In this document: one piece after another, positions 1 through 14,789 of the stretch | Layout of the letters: each line of letters starts with the position of its first letter | Position numbering within the stretch: position 1 is the stretch's first letter | Origin: Flaccisagitta enflata | Lineage: Eukaryota | Assembly (NCBI GenBank): GCA_965153355.1 | Contig: OZ231126.1 | Coordinates: forward strand, 38,812,001-38,876,000 | Direction of reading: 5' to 3' | DNA length: 64,000 nucleotides | The notes under the pieces: model-generated | Told to the model about the DNA's origin: nothing | What the model saw: only the letters and a program-made list of their open reading frames with translations | The model's database searches: none | Position numbers and translations under genes: made by a program

Positions 1-610
1 GCACCCCCCCTATCTCGAGGCCAAAATCCCAACCTTTAGGCCCAAATTCCAGTCTTTAGGCTCAAAATTCAGCCTTAAGGCCCAAAATCCAGCCTCAAGG
101 CCAATATCCCAGTTTCAAGGCCCAAATCCCAGCTTTGAGGCCTAAATCCTAGCCTTGGGGCCCAAATCTTAGCTGCGAAGCCTAAATCCTAGCCTCTAGG
201 CCCAAATCCTAGTCTCCAGGCCCTAATCCCAGCCTTAAGGCGACGTCCCAATCTCAGCCTGAAGGCCCATATCCCAGCCTCAAGGCCCAAAACCCAGCCT
301 CGAGGCCAAAAATTCAGCCCCAAAGCCAAAATTCGAGCCTCAATGCCAAAATTCAAGCCCCAAGGCCCAATCCGAGTCCCTATTCTATCCTTAAAGCTCA
401 GATCCCAAGCTCAAGGCCATAAGTCTAGCCCTAAGGCCATATCTCAACCCCTAAACACAAACTTAACCATAAACAATAACACTTATTAAAGAAGCTTTGG
501 TCATTGGCCCCAAAGGGACCACTGCACTGCCACTCTAACCACGTTACACTCACATACTCTTACATAGGGGCAATGGGTACCGCTGACCAGCCAACGATTT
601 TGCGACTATT
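1..610 (-). mobile_element. Non-autonomous HINE/DINE-1-like element, family D (21-bp minisatellite core), truncated by window start
   Basis: About 21-bp GGCCCAAATCCCAGCCTCAAG tandem units, then ...GGTACCGCTGACCAGCCAACGATTTTGCGACTATT, the reverse complement of the end seen at 2413 and 15768. Confidence 0.6.
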
Positions 611-629
611 GGATATAAAGTATTATAGG

Positions 630-633
<4 letters not shown>

Positions 634-715
<82 letters not shown>
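634..715. repeat. (AG)n microsatellite (first of many: also ~1985-2092, 3420-3606, 10057-10130, 13725-13816, 34320-34474, 44456-44546, 48165-48421, 52698-52910)
   Basis: Pure dinucleotide runs seen directly. Confidence 0.95.
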
Positions 716-719
<4 letters not shown>

Positions 720-1128
720 GGTTGGGTTAACACAAAGATAGACTAAGTGACAGAAACAGGCAGACAGACAAAAAGCAATAGTCGAAAAATGCAAGTAGAT
801 AGAACAGATTAAACATGGAATATGTGCCTTCCACGTGATTTCTAAAGAGGCGAAACCAACGCATAAACCCCCTCATAGAGATGATGCATCTGTAAACTCT
901 TAGAAATAGATATGTTTGTACGAGGGGACTCGCAAACAGACTCTGGACATGAGACGATGTATTATTGCGATAATAGTCATAAAGAGTCGATCCATTAAGA
1001 AACCTGGAAGGGGTTTCAAAACGTGATCCATCTTTCTTGTTCCTTATCACTCAACTTATGCCGGTGGCGCACTTTTGTAGTCAAACAAAGGAGCATATGG
1101 ATGTAGATGGTCGTTTTTTTCTTTCTTC

Positions 1129-1206
<78 letters not shown>

Positions 1207-1465
1207 ACTATCTTTCTTTCTTTCTAGATCGTCCTTCTCCTTTCTTTCCAAACAACCAAAAAACGACAACGACGACTACAAGGACACAACGAAGTTCTGC
1301 TCTCGTCCTTGCTACATCGAGTTTTTTGCGGGTCTGTTGACATAGCTGATGTAAACGCAGCGATCTTAACATCATCAATTTTTGTCTATCATGTCGTTAT
1401 CTCTAGAGCGGTGCTTGTAGATGCCCATCATTCCAGTCCCTAGTTACCGTAATCGTTTTAAAACA

Positions 1466-1487
1466 TATCATCATCATCATCATCATC

Positions 1488-1519
<32 letters not shown>

Positions 1520-1520
1520 T

Positions 1521-1555
<35 letters not shown>

Positions 1556-1582
1556 TATCTCATCATCATTCACTATAATCAT

Positions 1583-1627
<45 letters not shown>

Positions 1628-1655
1628 TCACCAACATTATCATCATTCACCAACG

Positions 1656-1700
<45 letters not shown>

Positions 1701-1770
1701 ACATCATCATCATCATCATCATCATCATCGTCATCGTCATCATCATCATCATTACCATCATCATCATAAC
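1466..1770. repeat. (CAT)n trinucleotide microsatellite
   Basis: Interrupted CAT runs; these explain the poly-His, poly-Ile and poly-Met pseudo-ORFs. Confidence 0.95.
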
Positions 1771-1972
1771 TTCATCTAGCATCTATCATGATATATATCA
1801 TAATATCATAATAATGACAAAATGTGCGTAAATGTCGTCATTACTGTCATCATAACCGTTGACATCGTTCTTCTCACGATGAACCTTAAAAGTCTTTATC
1901 ATTGACATTTGTCTCTAATTTGTAGCTAAGCTACGGGGCCGCTTATGTCTTTATCTTTGTCTGTCTCTATGT

Positions 1973-2098
<126 letters not shown>

Positions 2099-2412
2099 GG
2101 TGGTCAATATTTACAAGATAAGCGTTACCGTGTGCGTGTGTGTGTACCTTTAAGTCTGTTTTATGTTTTACGTCCGAGAGTACGATTGTAAAACAAGGGA
2201 GGAGAATAGCGCAGTATCAAAACATACAAATATTGAATTATCAAGAAGAAGAAGAAGAAGAAGAAGAAAAAGAAAAAGAAAAAGAAAAAGAAAAAGAAAA
2301 AGAAAAAGAAAAAGAAAAAGATTAAAAGAATGGCCCCTCAAGGCTGGGATTTTTGCCTCTAGGCTGGGATATGGGCTTCAAAGGGGGTGGACGGATGGAG
2401 AAGAAGAAGAAG

Positions 2413-3031
2413 AAATAGTCGCAAAAGCGTTAGGTGGTCAGCGGTACCCATTGCCCCTATGTGAGTGTATGTGGGTGTGTGTTGGTTAGTAAGGCAGCAG
2501 TCCAAAAGGGGTCGATGACCTACGCTGAATATATTTGAGCCTTAAGACTGGGATTAGGGCCTGGAGGCTGGGATTTGAGCCTGGAGGCTGTGATTTGATC
2601 CTCAAGGCTGGGGTTTAGACTTCGAGGCTAGAATTTGAGCTTCATGGCTGGGATGTGAGATTAACTGCTGGGATTTGAGCTTTGAGGCTGGGATTTGAGC
2701 TTGGAGACTAGATTCGAGCCTCAAGACTAGGATTTGGGCCTCAAGACTAGAATTGGAGGCTGGGATTTGAGCCTCGAGGAAGGGATTTGCACTTCAAGGC
2801 TGGGATTTGCGCTTCAAGGCTGGGATTTGCGCTTCAACACTGGGATTTGCGCTTTGAGGCTGGGATTTGAGCTTCAAGGCTGGAATTTGAGCTTTGAGGC
2901 TGGGATTTGAGCTTTGAGGCTGGGATTTGGGCCTCAAGGGGGTGGGGGGTACGAAGAAGAAGAAGGAGAAGGAAAAATTTCTGCATATGTGAAAGCATAG
3001 GTCATCGGCCCCTTCGGGGCCGCTGCCCAAA
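2413..3031 (+). mobile_element. HINE/DINE-1-like element, family D, with internal 21-bp minisatellite
   Basis: Starts AATAGTCGCAAAAGCGTTAG-TGGTCAGCGGTACCC. Subterminal inverted repeat GGCAGC..CC..AAGGGGTCGATGACCTA / TAGGTCATCGGCCCCTTCGGGGCCGCTGCCC. GGCTGGGATTTGAGC units lie between, and it ends in an A-run. Confidence 0.65.
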
Positions 3032-3415
3032 AGAAGAAGAAGAAGAAGAAGAAGAAGAAGAAGAAGAAGAAGAAGAAGAAAACGGAGAAGAAAAAGATAT
3101 ATATATATTGAATTATCAAGAAGAAGAAGAAGAAGAAGAAGAAAAAGAAAAAGAAAAAGAAAAAGAAAAAGAAAAAGAAAAAGATAAAGAAGAAGAAGAA
3201 GAAGATGAAAAGGAAGAATAAGAATACAAATAAGACAGTAAGTAGAACATACGGTCATATCTCGGCTGAATCAAATCTCCAATACTGTAATTTTTTCTCA
3301 CTAAGTTTCAGAATTTAATGTCTCAATCGTGAAGAATGAGTTTTCTCGTGTTTACAAGTCGCGCATCCTTCATATTTTCGATAGTTTACATCTTGAGATA
3401 GATAAAAAAAGAAAA

Positions 3416-3671
<256 letters not shown>

Positions 3672-3739
3672 GAGAAAGAAAGAAAGAAAGAAAAGACAGA
3701 CAACCATAGGCAGACATAGAGGTACAGACAGAGGCAGAA

Positions 3740-3770
<31 letters not shown>

Positions 3771-3971
3771 GTCAGCCATAGGCAGACATAGAGGTGAAGA
3801 CAGAGGCAGAAACGGACAGACAGGCTTACAGACAGTTAGACACAGACATAGAAATGCGCAGTCACAGAAAGACAGAAAAGCATAGACAAATGTCAGACAA
3901 CGAGAGAGATTTTGATCCGGATGTTTCAAAAAGTGATTATAACCGGTATTTTTTCCCCTCATTTTGAGGGA

Positions 3972-4197
3972 AACAAGGCCGGATACACGACTACCAATGT
4001 CGCATGCAGGTTGGCAGGGGCAGCGATAAAAAATGCTAACTCAAGCATTTAGGCAGGAGAAGCCAGTAATGCAAAAACCGTCCGTAAATACCAAAGAAGC
4101 TAATGGCCACAGATCGACCGACAGACCAACCGACTGACCGACCAACCAACCGATCGACATAGCGGGTTATAGGGTCAAGTGCACGCGGGAGATAAAA
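3972..4197 (+). mobile_element. HINE-like element, family A (AACAAGGCCGGATACAC...(GACC/GACG)n...hairpin-AAAA)
   Basis: Conserved 5' end, tetranucleotide microsatellite and degenerate 3' palindrome, in A/T-run context. Many other copies, e.g. 7893-8070 (+), 20965-21174 (-), 27961-28135 (-), 30123-30290 (-), 51410-51602 (-). Confidence 0.65.
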
Positions 4198-4383
4198 CCG
4201 GCTGACTTACTAGGTTTTTGGCATCTTCATCTGTCGTTGCATGCAGTGCTTGCGTGCAATTGGGAAGGATCAATGATGCAAATGCAGTGCAGAAAGAATT
4301 AAGTGCGAGTGTACTTAAGAGGCGACCGACGGCGACACGAAAATAGTCTAAGTCCTGCACTAAGTAGAGTCTAAAAATACTAT

Positions 4384-4560
4384 TTAGTTGCGGACACGCA
4401 ACTCTATAAGAGGCTTTGTCCGTCCGTCCGTCGGTCCGTCCGTCGGTCCGTCCATCAGTCCGTCCGTTGGTCCGTAACGATCGAGGCGAAAAGTGGGAAA
4501 ACGCACATTTCCGCCCCTGCCCACTCGTCCGCAACTGGTGGCCGTGTATCCGGCCTTGTT
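4384..4560 (-). mobile_element. HINE-like element, family A
   Basis: TTAGTTGCGGACACGCAACT hairpin, (GTCC)n, ends GTGTATCCGGCCTTGTT. Confidence 0.65.
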
Positions 4561-5369
4561 TGAATTCGCCTTCATATCTATGAATAATTTCAAAATGTGA
4601 AAGGATCTTCCTCAAATGCAACATAGTTTGGCATTGACAGAAATCTAACAGGCAACATTTAACAGTCGCAATTGTTGCCTTTAATGTCATTTTAGCGACT
4701 TTGACGTGCCAAATTCTTTTCCCCATTTAATCAATTCAAGTTGAATTTCTTTTGGACAATCACCAAAAAGAAAAGATTAAAGGGAGGGAATGGATAAATG
4801 GTGATAAAACGAAGGGTGGGGACTGGGGAGGAAGAAAGAAGAGGGAGAAAGGAGGAGAAGGAACAAACAGACAAGGGAGTTTCACTTCTTTTTCTTATTT
4901 TCTTTCTTTTGTTCTTAGTTTTTTTTCTCTTTTATTTTCTTTCTTTTTGGTCTATAATATAGGCTTAGTGCCACTTTTAATTCGTTGGTTGGTCCGTCCG
5001 TCAGTTCGTTACTGACATTTGTCTATTTAACGTGTTTTTCTTCTTTATGCGTCAACGCACCTGCCAAAGTACCTCAATGACATACTACATCACTAATCTG
5101 CCCACCCGCACGCGACTAAGGATGCCGTGTATCCAGGCTTGTTCACTCATGAAGGCAGGAAGAGGAGATGGCGCGAAGAATGGCAATTTTTTTTCAAATT
5201 TGTCATGATACAAATTGAAATGAATGATGCGATGAAAGAACGACTTGCACCGATTTCCGAAACCAAAAATCTTTGCCCTTTAAGATTATGTATTTGGTAG
5301 CCTCTTGGAGTGAGTTGATGATTTTTTACTTCCTGCCTCTCTGCGCATGTGTTTTTGATATATTTGCGA

Positions 5370-5875
<506 letters not shown>

Positions 5876-8800
5876 TGAAGACCGAAAAGGATAAAATTGT
5901 AAGATGAAATAGAAGTAAGAGAAGGGAAAGACGTGCTTCAAAGGGGATTTGCTATATTCCATTTGATTCCTTAAGAAACAAGGCCGGATAGACGGGCCAA
6001 GACGGTGCGCCTGGCGTTATTTGTTCTTAGACCTATCCGTAAACGTAATATAATAGTAATTTTCATTAAGAAACCAGACAAACTGAACCTGTAAGCTTCG
6101 ACCCACGGTAAATCGACTAAACTTAACATGGATATGAATGTTTCATCCCTGGTACAAGCTGTGGCCTTTTCCGTTGAAAATGGGTTTTGTCCTCAGGGTT
6201 GACAGTACACACACAAAGTAATTAGCTCCGGCAAACACTGACGCTAAAGGCTATCTGCAAGACTGCAACAATGGGAGTCGACAAATATTTGGAAACATCG
6301 TTTGATGTTTTTTTTTATTTGACATGATAGGTCCTGCTGGGATGGCAATTTCGATATGTTTTTGGGATGGGTACGGGTTGATGGCGATACCTGGTACCTG
6401 GGTACCTAAATCTACTACACTGGCAAGTGGATTCTGAACTAAACAAATTTAGTAAACAAGGCCAAGTTGAGGCCGATAAGTGCACCTAGCTTGATTATGT
6501 ATCAATGAATGAATGAATGAATGAATGAATGAATGAATGAATGAATGAATGAATGAATGAATGAATGAATGAATAAATGAATGAATGGTGATGAGATTGA
6601 AGAATGACATCAGAATCGGCCGTTTGGTATAGTACATCCCAAACGTTTACGTGACCGACCGATCAACCAACGAACCGAGTGACCAACCAATCGACCATCC
6701 AACAAACGGACATGACCTCTTATTGAAGTACGAGGACGCACTTAAAAACGCTCAAAATTAATAAATCAGACATACAGACGGGAATGGGAATGAGAGACTT
6801 GAGACATAAATTTGTAGACACGCGTGTACATAGGTTCATAACATAGAGTAGGCACTGCCTACTAAGCAGACGCACATGAAACCACTTTACATTTTAAATA
6901 AAGCACAATAAATATGATGGCGATTCTATTCTCTGGAGAAGTGGAGAAGAAAAGGAAGAAAAAAGCTTCCATACCATTCTCGTCTTTATGCCTCTTTATG
7001 CCTCTTTTGCCATCGTTTTCTGGAGGATGGCAAATAAAACTCGATGACAAGGCAAACAAGACGATGGCAAGAAGGATTTCTTCCTTCTTGCTGGCGAGCG
7101 ATTTAATATACGCAACCATGTTGATCGGTTGGTTTTGTCTGAAAGACTCTTGTCCTTACTACGTTCAAATCATTTTGAAGTTCTTTCAAGGCAAACGAGA
7201 TTGAAATTCCGTCATATCTTATTTGATATTGGTTATGAATGAAATTTCCTCACAGTGCATTCAATTTTGTTATTTGACTCATGAATCATGATTATTCATT
7301 CTCAGTCCGCCCTTACGCAATAGTATGTAACTGAGGCTAAATGGACCTTGTTGTTCGGGGACACGCTTGAGTGGTCGCGGACGTGGACGCGGGGCCGGAC
7401 GCGGGGCCGGACGCGGGGCCGGACGCGGAAGCCGCACGGCTAAAATCTGAGCGGTTTTACCAAAATCTGCGCTAATGTTAAATGTTTACCATCATCCAGA
7501 ATTTGATTTGCCAGATTTTGTTTCGCTCTAGCCTCTAGCCTCTAGTCTAGGGATGCAACTGCGTTTGACCCTTTCGCAGAATCGCTTCCTGTTTGTTTTA
7601 ACCATTTTTCTGTTCCTGAGATGTAGGATAAGAGATTGCTGACTGGAAGTGGGGTGAGCCAGATATCAACGGAAATTTTTTTCTGTCATTGATAAATTTT
7701 TGTTATAGCCAATATAGGAAAAAAGAGAAATAACATGAATAGACCAAAAATTTATATGAATTTTTATTCGACAACAAAGATTTATATCTGTTTTTGGCGG
7801 ATTTCTGTCACTCATGGAGTCGCTATTGCCTTTCAGTTAATATACGCTCTGAAGATCATGGTCTATGTGCTTAAAAGTTAGTGATAAAATAGCAAGGCCA
7901 GATACACGGCTACCGATGTCGCGTGCGGTAGGGCAGGGGCAGTGTTGAAACATGCTAGCTCAGGCCTTTAGGCAGGAGCAGTAAAACAAAGACGCCCAAA
8001 AACGCTAAAAAAAAAAACAAACAATGACCAACCGACCAACATAGCGGGTTGTAGGGTCACGAGCACACCACTAACAAGTGATGCGGGGTCACAATATTGT
8101 TGCGAACGGGTGGGCAGGGGCATCCAACCCCCATCCACACTCCAAGTCCAACACATACACAAAAAGCGTCTAAAACGCTCCTTTCTGCACTTTTTGACTC
8201 ATGGTCACGGACTGACGGAGGGACGGACGGACAAAGCCTCTTATAGAATTGCGTGTCTGCAACTAAAAACAGTGAGAAAAATCTTTGAAGAAAGATATCC
8301 CTTGATGCGTCACAAAAACTAAGAATGTGAATTACTCCTTCCTCTTCTGCTGAGTTGGACTTGACGTTGTTATATAAATTGCTAACGTTGTCCCTTCATA
8401 TTTCTAAGGAAGTTTTTTAGAATCGTTTGACGTCGACATCGGATTTTGATTAATTAACTGGATTACATTTTGTTCAGATCTCGCTATCAACACCTTGACT
8501 GACAGCAAGATGACATGACTTGAACTTTCACCTCCCAAGACTAAGCTCCTCTTCGTCACACCTCCTCGTCACCTTTATTTTAACGCAAGGCCGGATACAG
8601 AGCCATCTCTCAGACCCTCGCGTGCGGTTAGGCGGAGACAGAAGCAAGCAAAGTGATTTTAAGTATGTTTTAGGCGCGACAAAGCACCTCTATAGCTGGC
8701 TCTGTCAGGCGGTTGGTCGGTCTGTCTGTCTGTCTGTCGGTGACGCATTCGTTCGACGATCAACACATCGCGTCGCACCTTATTGGCCTACTTGGCCTTG

Positions 8801-9114
8801 TTCATAAATCTTCTATAATTCTGTTGTCGATGCCTTTCACGTTTTGGTTGGCGGGAACCTGTGAAGGTTATCTATCTAGAGCTAGAGGTATGTAACAGTG
8901 CTCGTGATATCGTTTCTATTAATTCAGGGTATTTCTGAGATTCGTATACGGACCAACGCGACGGAGGGACGGGCCGGATGGTGGATAGAAAGCACAAAAA
9001 TGAGTGGGCGAGCCTAAAAACTTAATTTAGAACCATTCCAGCAAAAGCGAAAAAGTAACATCAGCAGGGGTTGTCAGAACGTTTTTTCTGTCAACAACAG
9101 GAAAAAGTAAATTG

Positions 9115-9444
<330 letters not shown>

Positions 9445-9467
9445 ACACACATAGTGGTTTAATCTCT

Positions 9468-9570
<103 letters not shown>

Positions 9571-10054
9571 AGACATAAAGGAAGACAGAGGTGTCACCCT
9601 TGAGATAAACAGAGCCAGAAACAGGCATCCACGCGCCGCGAAAGTTAGCGTTTGCGGCTGCCATTCTCAGTCAGATTTTTTTCTGCTTACACAGCTATAG
9701 CAGAATACACCCAACAAGGTCATCGGACCAACTTCGCGTGTGTCGTAACTTTCAGATAAAGTCGGCTAGACAGATGGACAGACAGAGAGAAACAGTTTTG
9801 AATGACCTTAGAATAGTTGAAAAACCCTTTAAAACATCGAAAACACCTTTTAAACAACTTTTGGATGGACGAACCGTAGACCAACTGTAGACCAACCGTA
9901 GGCCAACCGTAGACCAACCGTAGAGCAACGGACCCACCGAAAAGCGTCTAATAGATTCGCGTAGAACGTGCCTAGAAATTCACGCGATTTCGAATATGTA
10001 CCATCTTCATAACTTTTGGCTTCGAAAGGATTTCGACCAGCGTAGATATCATGT

Positions 10055-10161
<107 letters not shown>

Positions 10162-10943
10162 TACAGACAGAGACAGAGAGAGCGGGAATCAGGCCTGAGC
10201 GATTGTATTGGGTATTGGTATTGGGTTTACAATATTGTTGTGTATTGGATTTTCCTTATACATGTAGTTTATTTTGTTATTTTACCAATACAATACAATA
10301 CTATACAATATTATGAAAAAACTGATCTGAGGAGAGTGAAATATATGAGAGACAGACTGAAGGAGATGAAGAGGAAGAGGAAAAGCATTCCTAGGTCTGA
10401 AGGAGAACAAAAACAGTGGAGAAGCTGAAAGATAAAAGCAGAAGAGGAGTATTCACTGAAAGTAAAAGTGGGTGAGGGATGAAAAGAGGAAGAGGAAGAA
10501 GAACTTATGACAGATTAGGTGGGTTGGAAATATAGACAAAGAGGAAGAAGAGGAATAAAAATCTATGAAAGAAACAATCAGTGGTCAGAAGCTGGAAGGA
10601 TAAAAAGGAGGAAGAGGAAGAAAATAAAGAATCTACAGGAGAGAGAGAGAGAAAGAGACAGGGAAAAATAATGAAAAACATAAACAAAAAGACAAACAAA
10701 CAAAAGAAAATAAAAAAAAAAACCAGAATCTGATCTAGTCAAAGAAAGAAACAAATAGATAAGTATAGAAAAAAATAGAAAAATATCAAGGATAAAGACA
10801 AAATAATTTTTTTAGCTATTCTTATATAACAAAATATTTACATGATGATTAAAATCATCATATTTTTTTTCAAATTATAGTATATCATCCAACTATGATT
10901 AATTTAATATATATTATTTCTTATTATCTATTATCAAAACTAT

Positions 10944-12530
10944 GTAAGGTAAGGTAAGGTAAGGTAAGGCTTTAGCGCCCCTAGGCGAACTCCAGTTCGC
11001 ATTGCGGGGGCCTCGTGTCTCTTTCCCTTTTGTATAGTGGGATTTTTTTCGATTCATCTCCACTTTCAGAGTCTCGCTCTTTTTTTTTTGCCACTATACA
11101 TCGTTTTGGGTTCCTCGTTTCCACCCATCATAAGATGCCTTAAAACCGTTGACAGTGTTTTTTTCTCTCACTTCGACTGAAATGTTATTCCAGACATTAG
11201 CCGCGCGCACTGTGAAGAAGTTTTTCCTCACATCCAGTCTCGCGGTTTCCACTTTAAGCACATTTTTTTTTCGAATCTCTCCTTCCTCCGTTATCATCGC
11301 ATTCCGTCGCGTTGGCCTGCGCTCCACACTTTCAATCTCGAACCATTTGTTTTTATTTACTCGATTGAATCCGTTCAAAGTCTTGAATGCCTCAATCGCA
11401 TCCCCTCTTTCTCTTCTTTCCGTCAATGTCGTTAGTCCCACATCTTCCAATTTTTCCTCGTATGTCTTTCCCTTTGCATCCGATAGCAGCCTTATAAGTC
11501 TTTCCTGCACTTTTTCAAGTGCCTTCTTATCCATCTCCAGCCATGGATTCCATGCTGCTACTGCAAACTCCAGCTTTGGTCTAATGAATGTTTTATATAT
11601 TGGAACAAGCGTCGCTTACGTCCGATAGTGAAAGGCTCGTTGCATCTGACCCAATGCAAAGTTTGCGGCCTTTGCTGCTGCTGCACACTGTTTTCCCGGC
11701 TTCATGGATGTATCCACCCACACGCCTAAGTCTTTTTCTTCTTCTTCTTCCTCGATTTTTGCTTCCCCCATGAAATATTCAAACTTCGGGTTATTCCGTC
11801 CGACATGAAGTATTTTACATTTCGATGCATTAAACTTCATGGCCCATTTTTTTGCCCATTCAACCAGGTCATCGATGATCCTCTGCATTTTTTTTCGATC
11901 GTCATCATTTTCCACCTTGAGCGCGACCTTTGTGTCGTCTGCAAACATCCGTATCAGGGCATCTCTGACAGCTTGGTGGATGTCATCAATGAAGATGTCA
12001 AACAATGTCCCGCCTAGCACAGAGCCCTGCACCACACTACTTATAACTTCCATCCATTCCAACAGTTCATCATCCACCTTCACCCTCTGTTTTCTTCCTC
12101 TAAGCCAGTCTATAAGCCATTCCTTCACTTTTCCGGTTATCCCCATCGCCTCCAATTTCAGCATCAGTCTCTTGTGGCACACTAAGTCAAATGCCTTCGA
12201 GAAATCCAAGTACAGGATGTCAAACGAAACACCTTCATCCATCCATTTTGTTGTTTGGTCCAAGAATTCAATTAGATTTGTTTGGGGTGATCGCTTGGCT
12301 CTGAAACCATGTTGCGCTTCACAGAGCAAGCGGTTTACCTCCACGTGCATCATCACTTCCTCCTTCACTATCCTTTCCATCATTTTGCACACCACGTTTG
12401 TCAGACTGACTGGTCTGTAATTCCCGGGGTCTGCCTTTTTGCCTTTCATCTTATATATTGGCGTTACATTAGCTTCCCGCCAATCGTCCGGGATCTTCCC
12501 TTTTTCCAGCGACTGTTGGAAAAGAATATA
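10944..12530 (-). mobile_element. 5'-truncated CR1-clade non-LTR retrotransposon
   Basis: RT reading frame plus a short 3' UTR with a stem-loop (GCGAACT-CC-AGTTCGC, 10985-11000) and a (CCTTA)5 tail at 10945-10969. Confidence 0.9.
11094..12530 (-). pseudogene. CR1 ORF2 reverse transcriptase fragment with one in-frame stop (TAA at 11616-11618)
   Basis: Motifs IPDDWREANVTPIYK..GNYRPVSLT, QHGF, YLDFSKAFD, VVQGSVLG, MFADDTK, EKDLGV, KNFFTVRAANVWN. ORFs 11616-12449 and 11094-11534 are in the same frame. Confidence 0.92.
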
Positions 12531-12938
12531 TATATTATATTGTATGCTATAATAATGTATTGTATATAATTTTAATGGATATTGTATTGTATTGGTATTG
12601 TATTGTATTGTCCCAATACTTGAAAGTATTGTATTGGTATTGTATAGTTGACAAAAATGATATATAGCTCAGGCCTGGCGGGAATACAGCAAGGTTTAGT
12701 CAACGACAGTTGACAAAGAAAATTGACTGGACCAACAGAAATACACTAAATACAAAAAGGCAGACACACAGAATGAAAAAAAGATAAAGCCGCAGCTATA
12801 GCTGGTGGAGTGTGGCCTACACTTGATATGCGCATGACAAAGCTGAAGACTGTCTAAAGCGGAACAAACAAGACCGACAACGGCAATTGAAGCCGTGAAC
12901 GCCATTCCCGAAAAACTCCAATGAACAGGGACAGTGAG

Positions 12939-13410
12939 AACAGGTTGCCCAAGGGCAATATGTGGTCAGCGATACCTGTTGCCCTGCTTTGCATGATTGT
13001 GAGTGAGAGAAAGAAGGGTAGCCGCCCCAAAGGGGACAAAGTCCTGTAGCATGTAGAACACAGGGGGACTTTTGCATGCCAGTTCGTCCGTCCATCTATC
13101 CGTCCATACCCCCAGGCCCTCACAGGCCTGAAATCTGCCCTCTCAGGCCTGAAATCTGCCCTCTCAGACTTTGAATCTGAGAGTGCATATATAAGGCCTT
13201 AGTTAGAGGTCAAATTTCAGGCCTAAGAGGGCAGATTTCAGGCCTGAGAGGGCAGATTTAAGGTCTGAGAGGGTAGATTTCAGGTCTGAGAGGACAGATT
13301 TTAGGCCTGAGAGGGCAGATTTTAGAATGGGAGGGACGAATAGACGGGCGGATGGACGAAGAAACGGACGCTCTACAGGAATTTGTCCCCTTCCGGCCGC
13401 TGCCCAAAAA
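12939..13410 (+). mobile_element. HINE-like element, family C (AACAGGT(C/T)GCCCAAGGGCAA...), with 21-bp AGGCCTGAGAGGGCAGATTTC repeats
   Basis: Same layout as family D (TGGTCAGCGATACC..TTGCCC, subTIR, minisatellite, end CCGCTGCCCAAAAA). Related copies at about 50220-50745 and 50968-51110. Confidence 0.6.
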
Positions 13411-13722
13411 GGCAAAGCGCAGTGATCCAAAAGTCGCCGGCAAATGCTGTCATCTAAAATGCTGATAAAGCTTAGTGTCAAGGACCAACGGACGGACCAA
13501 CGGACGGACCTACTAACAAACAACAAAATTCAACCCGCTGGTGCAGAGACCCGCAAGGACAGAGTGACACAATTGCTCGTGCAACTTGATCCCGACATGC
13601 AAACTCTCAGCGCTACAAATGCAGTCAGAAGTCAACAGCCGAAACTGGGTTCGCCCAGGGAACATTCGGAATAGGAATTGTCGTAACGCGATCTGTCTGG
13701 ACTTCAAAATCCCCCAAAGAGA

Positions 13723-13819
<97 letters not shown>

Positions 13820-14789
13820 AGACGGAAAGATAGACGGACAGACAGATTTATCCAATTTATCCAGACCAAAAACCGATAGACAGTAATCACACAATTAATG
13901 ATGATGACAGAAAGCAACAGACAGATAGGATGCCATTCCATTCAGTCACATTGTACCATTGAGACGAACGGAACGCTGGAGCTAGGAAGTCCCTGATTGA
14001 CTGATTGGCGTTCATGACGCAAAAAGCAATCTCTGAAATTGTTCTCTTGTTTTTTTTCTCGTAAACTGTTCATTGAAAACGCCGTTGAATTTGTCATTTG
14101 TCAGAGAACCTAAAACAAATGCTATTGACGCAAAAAACAAAGACCAGTTTGATTTTTGGAGACAAGTATATAAATTCAATTATCGAAACGTATGACAAAG
14201 AGGGAAACGCCGAGGTTGGCAAAATAGGAAAACTATGCGCGTAATGGTTTTTTTTCTAGCATTTTTTCTAAACAAGTAGCAACAGTCAACAACAAAATAT
14301 CCAGCATTTACAATCATCGCTGCAATGAAATCCCAAATTAGATTGTCCAAATATTCAAATGGAAACGATTTACTAATAAGAGGACAATCAAAACAAAAGG
14401 CAGATAAAAGAAAAAAAAATTGAAACAAAATTAATCATAGGTATTCCGTTAAAAAAATTTTACTAAGTTGTTTTAAGTAGAGGAGAAATAATATGAAAAC
14501 GATACCACAGGGCATTTTTCTTCAGAATGGTATACTTTTCTAGATAGGGAAACCCCAAAACAGCGACATTCTGTCCAAAAAAGGGCGCCAATGATAAACT
14601 TTGTCGTATTCCTGACCCCAATATGCGTAATGGGATTTAAGTACCATCGAAAGAAGCAAAATTTGGGATATTTCATATGGTTTTTTTTTTGTAATTGTTA
14701 ACGAAGTGAAAAAGAACCTTGGACTTGGTTCAGATTGAAATATATTTGATGGCAAAACTGAGATATAGGGGATGGTAGCCCCTCAGGTA

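Larger units (their letters stand above)
10190..12677. mobile_element. Non-autonomous hAT-like DNA transposon hosting a CR1 insertion
   Basis: Perfect 11-bp TIR CAGGCCTGAGC/GCTCAGGCCTG, exact 8-bp TSD GCGGGAAT (10182-10189, 12678-12685), subterminal GTATT repeats. Confidence 0.85.

Noticed and set aside
727-1050. Possible exon (FLNGSTLYDYYRN..., faintly like a glutamate-receptor S2 segment)
   Set aside because: An upstream in-frame stop, no clear splice sites, and similarity too weak to support.
10945-10969. Telomere-like (TAAGG)5
   Set aside because: It differs from TTAGG and sits exactly where the CR1 3' tail is expected.
11149-12420. Plus-strand ORFs of 159 and 193 aa
   Set aside because: Antisense shadows of the CR1 RT frame.
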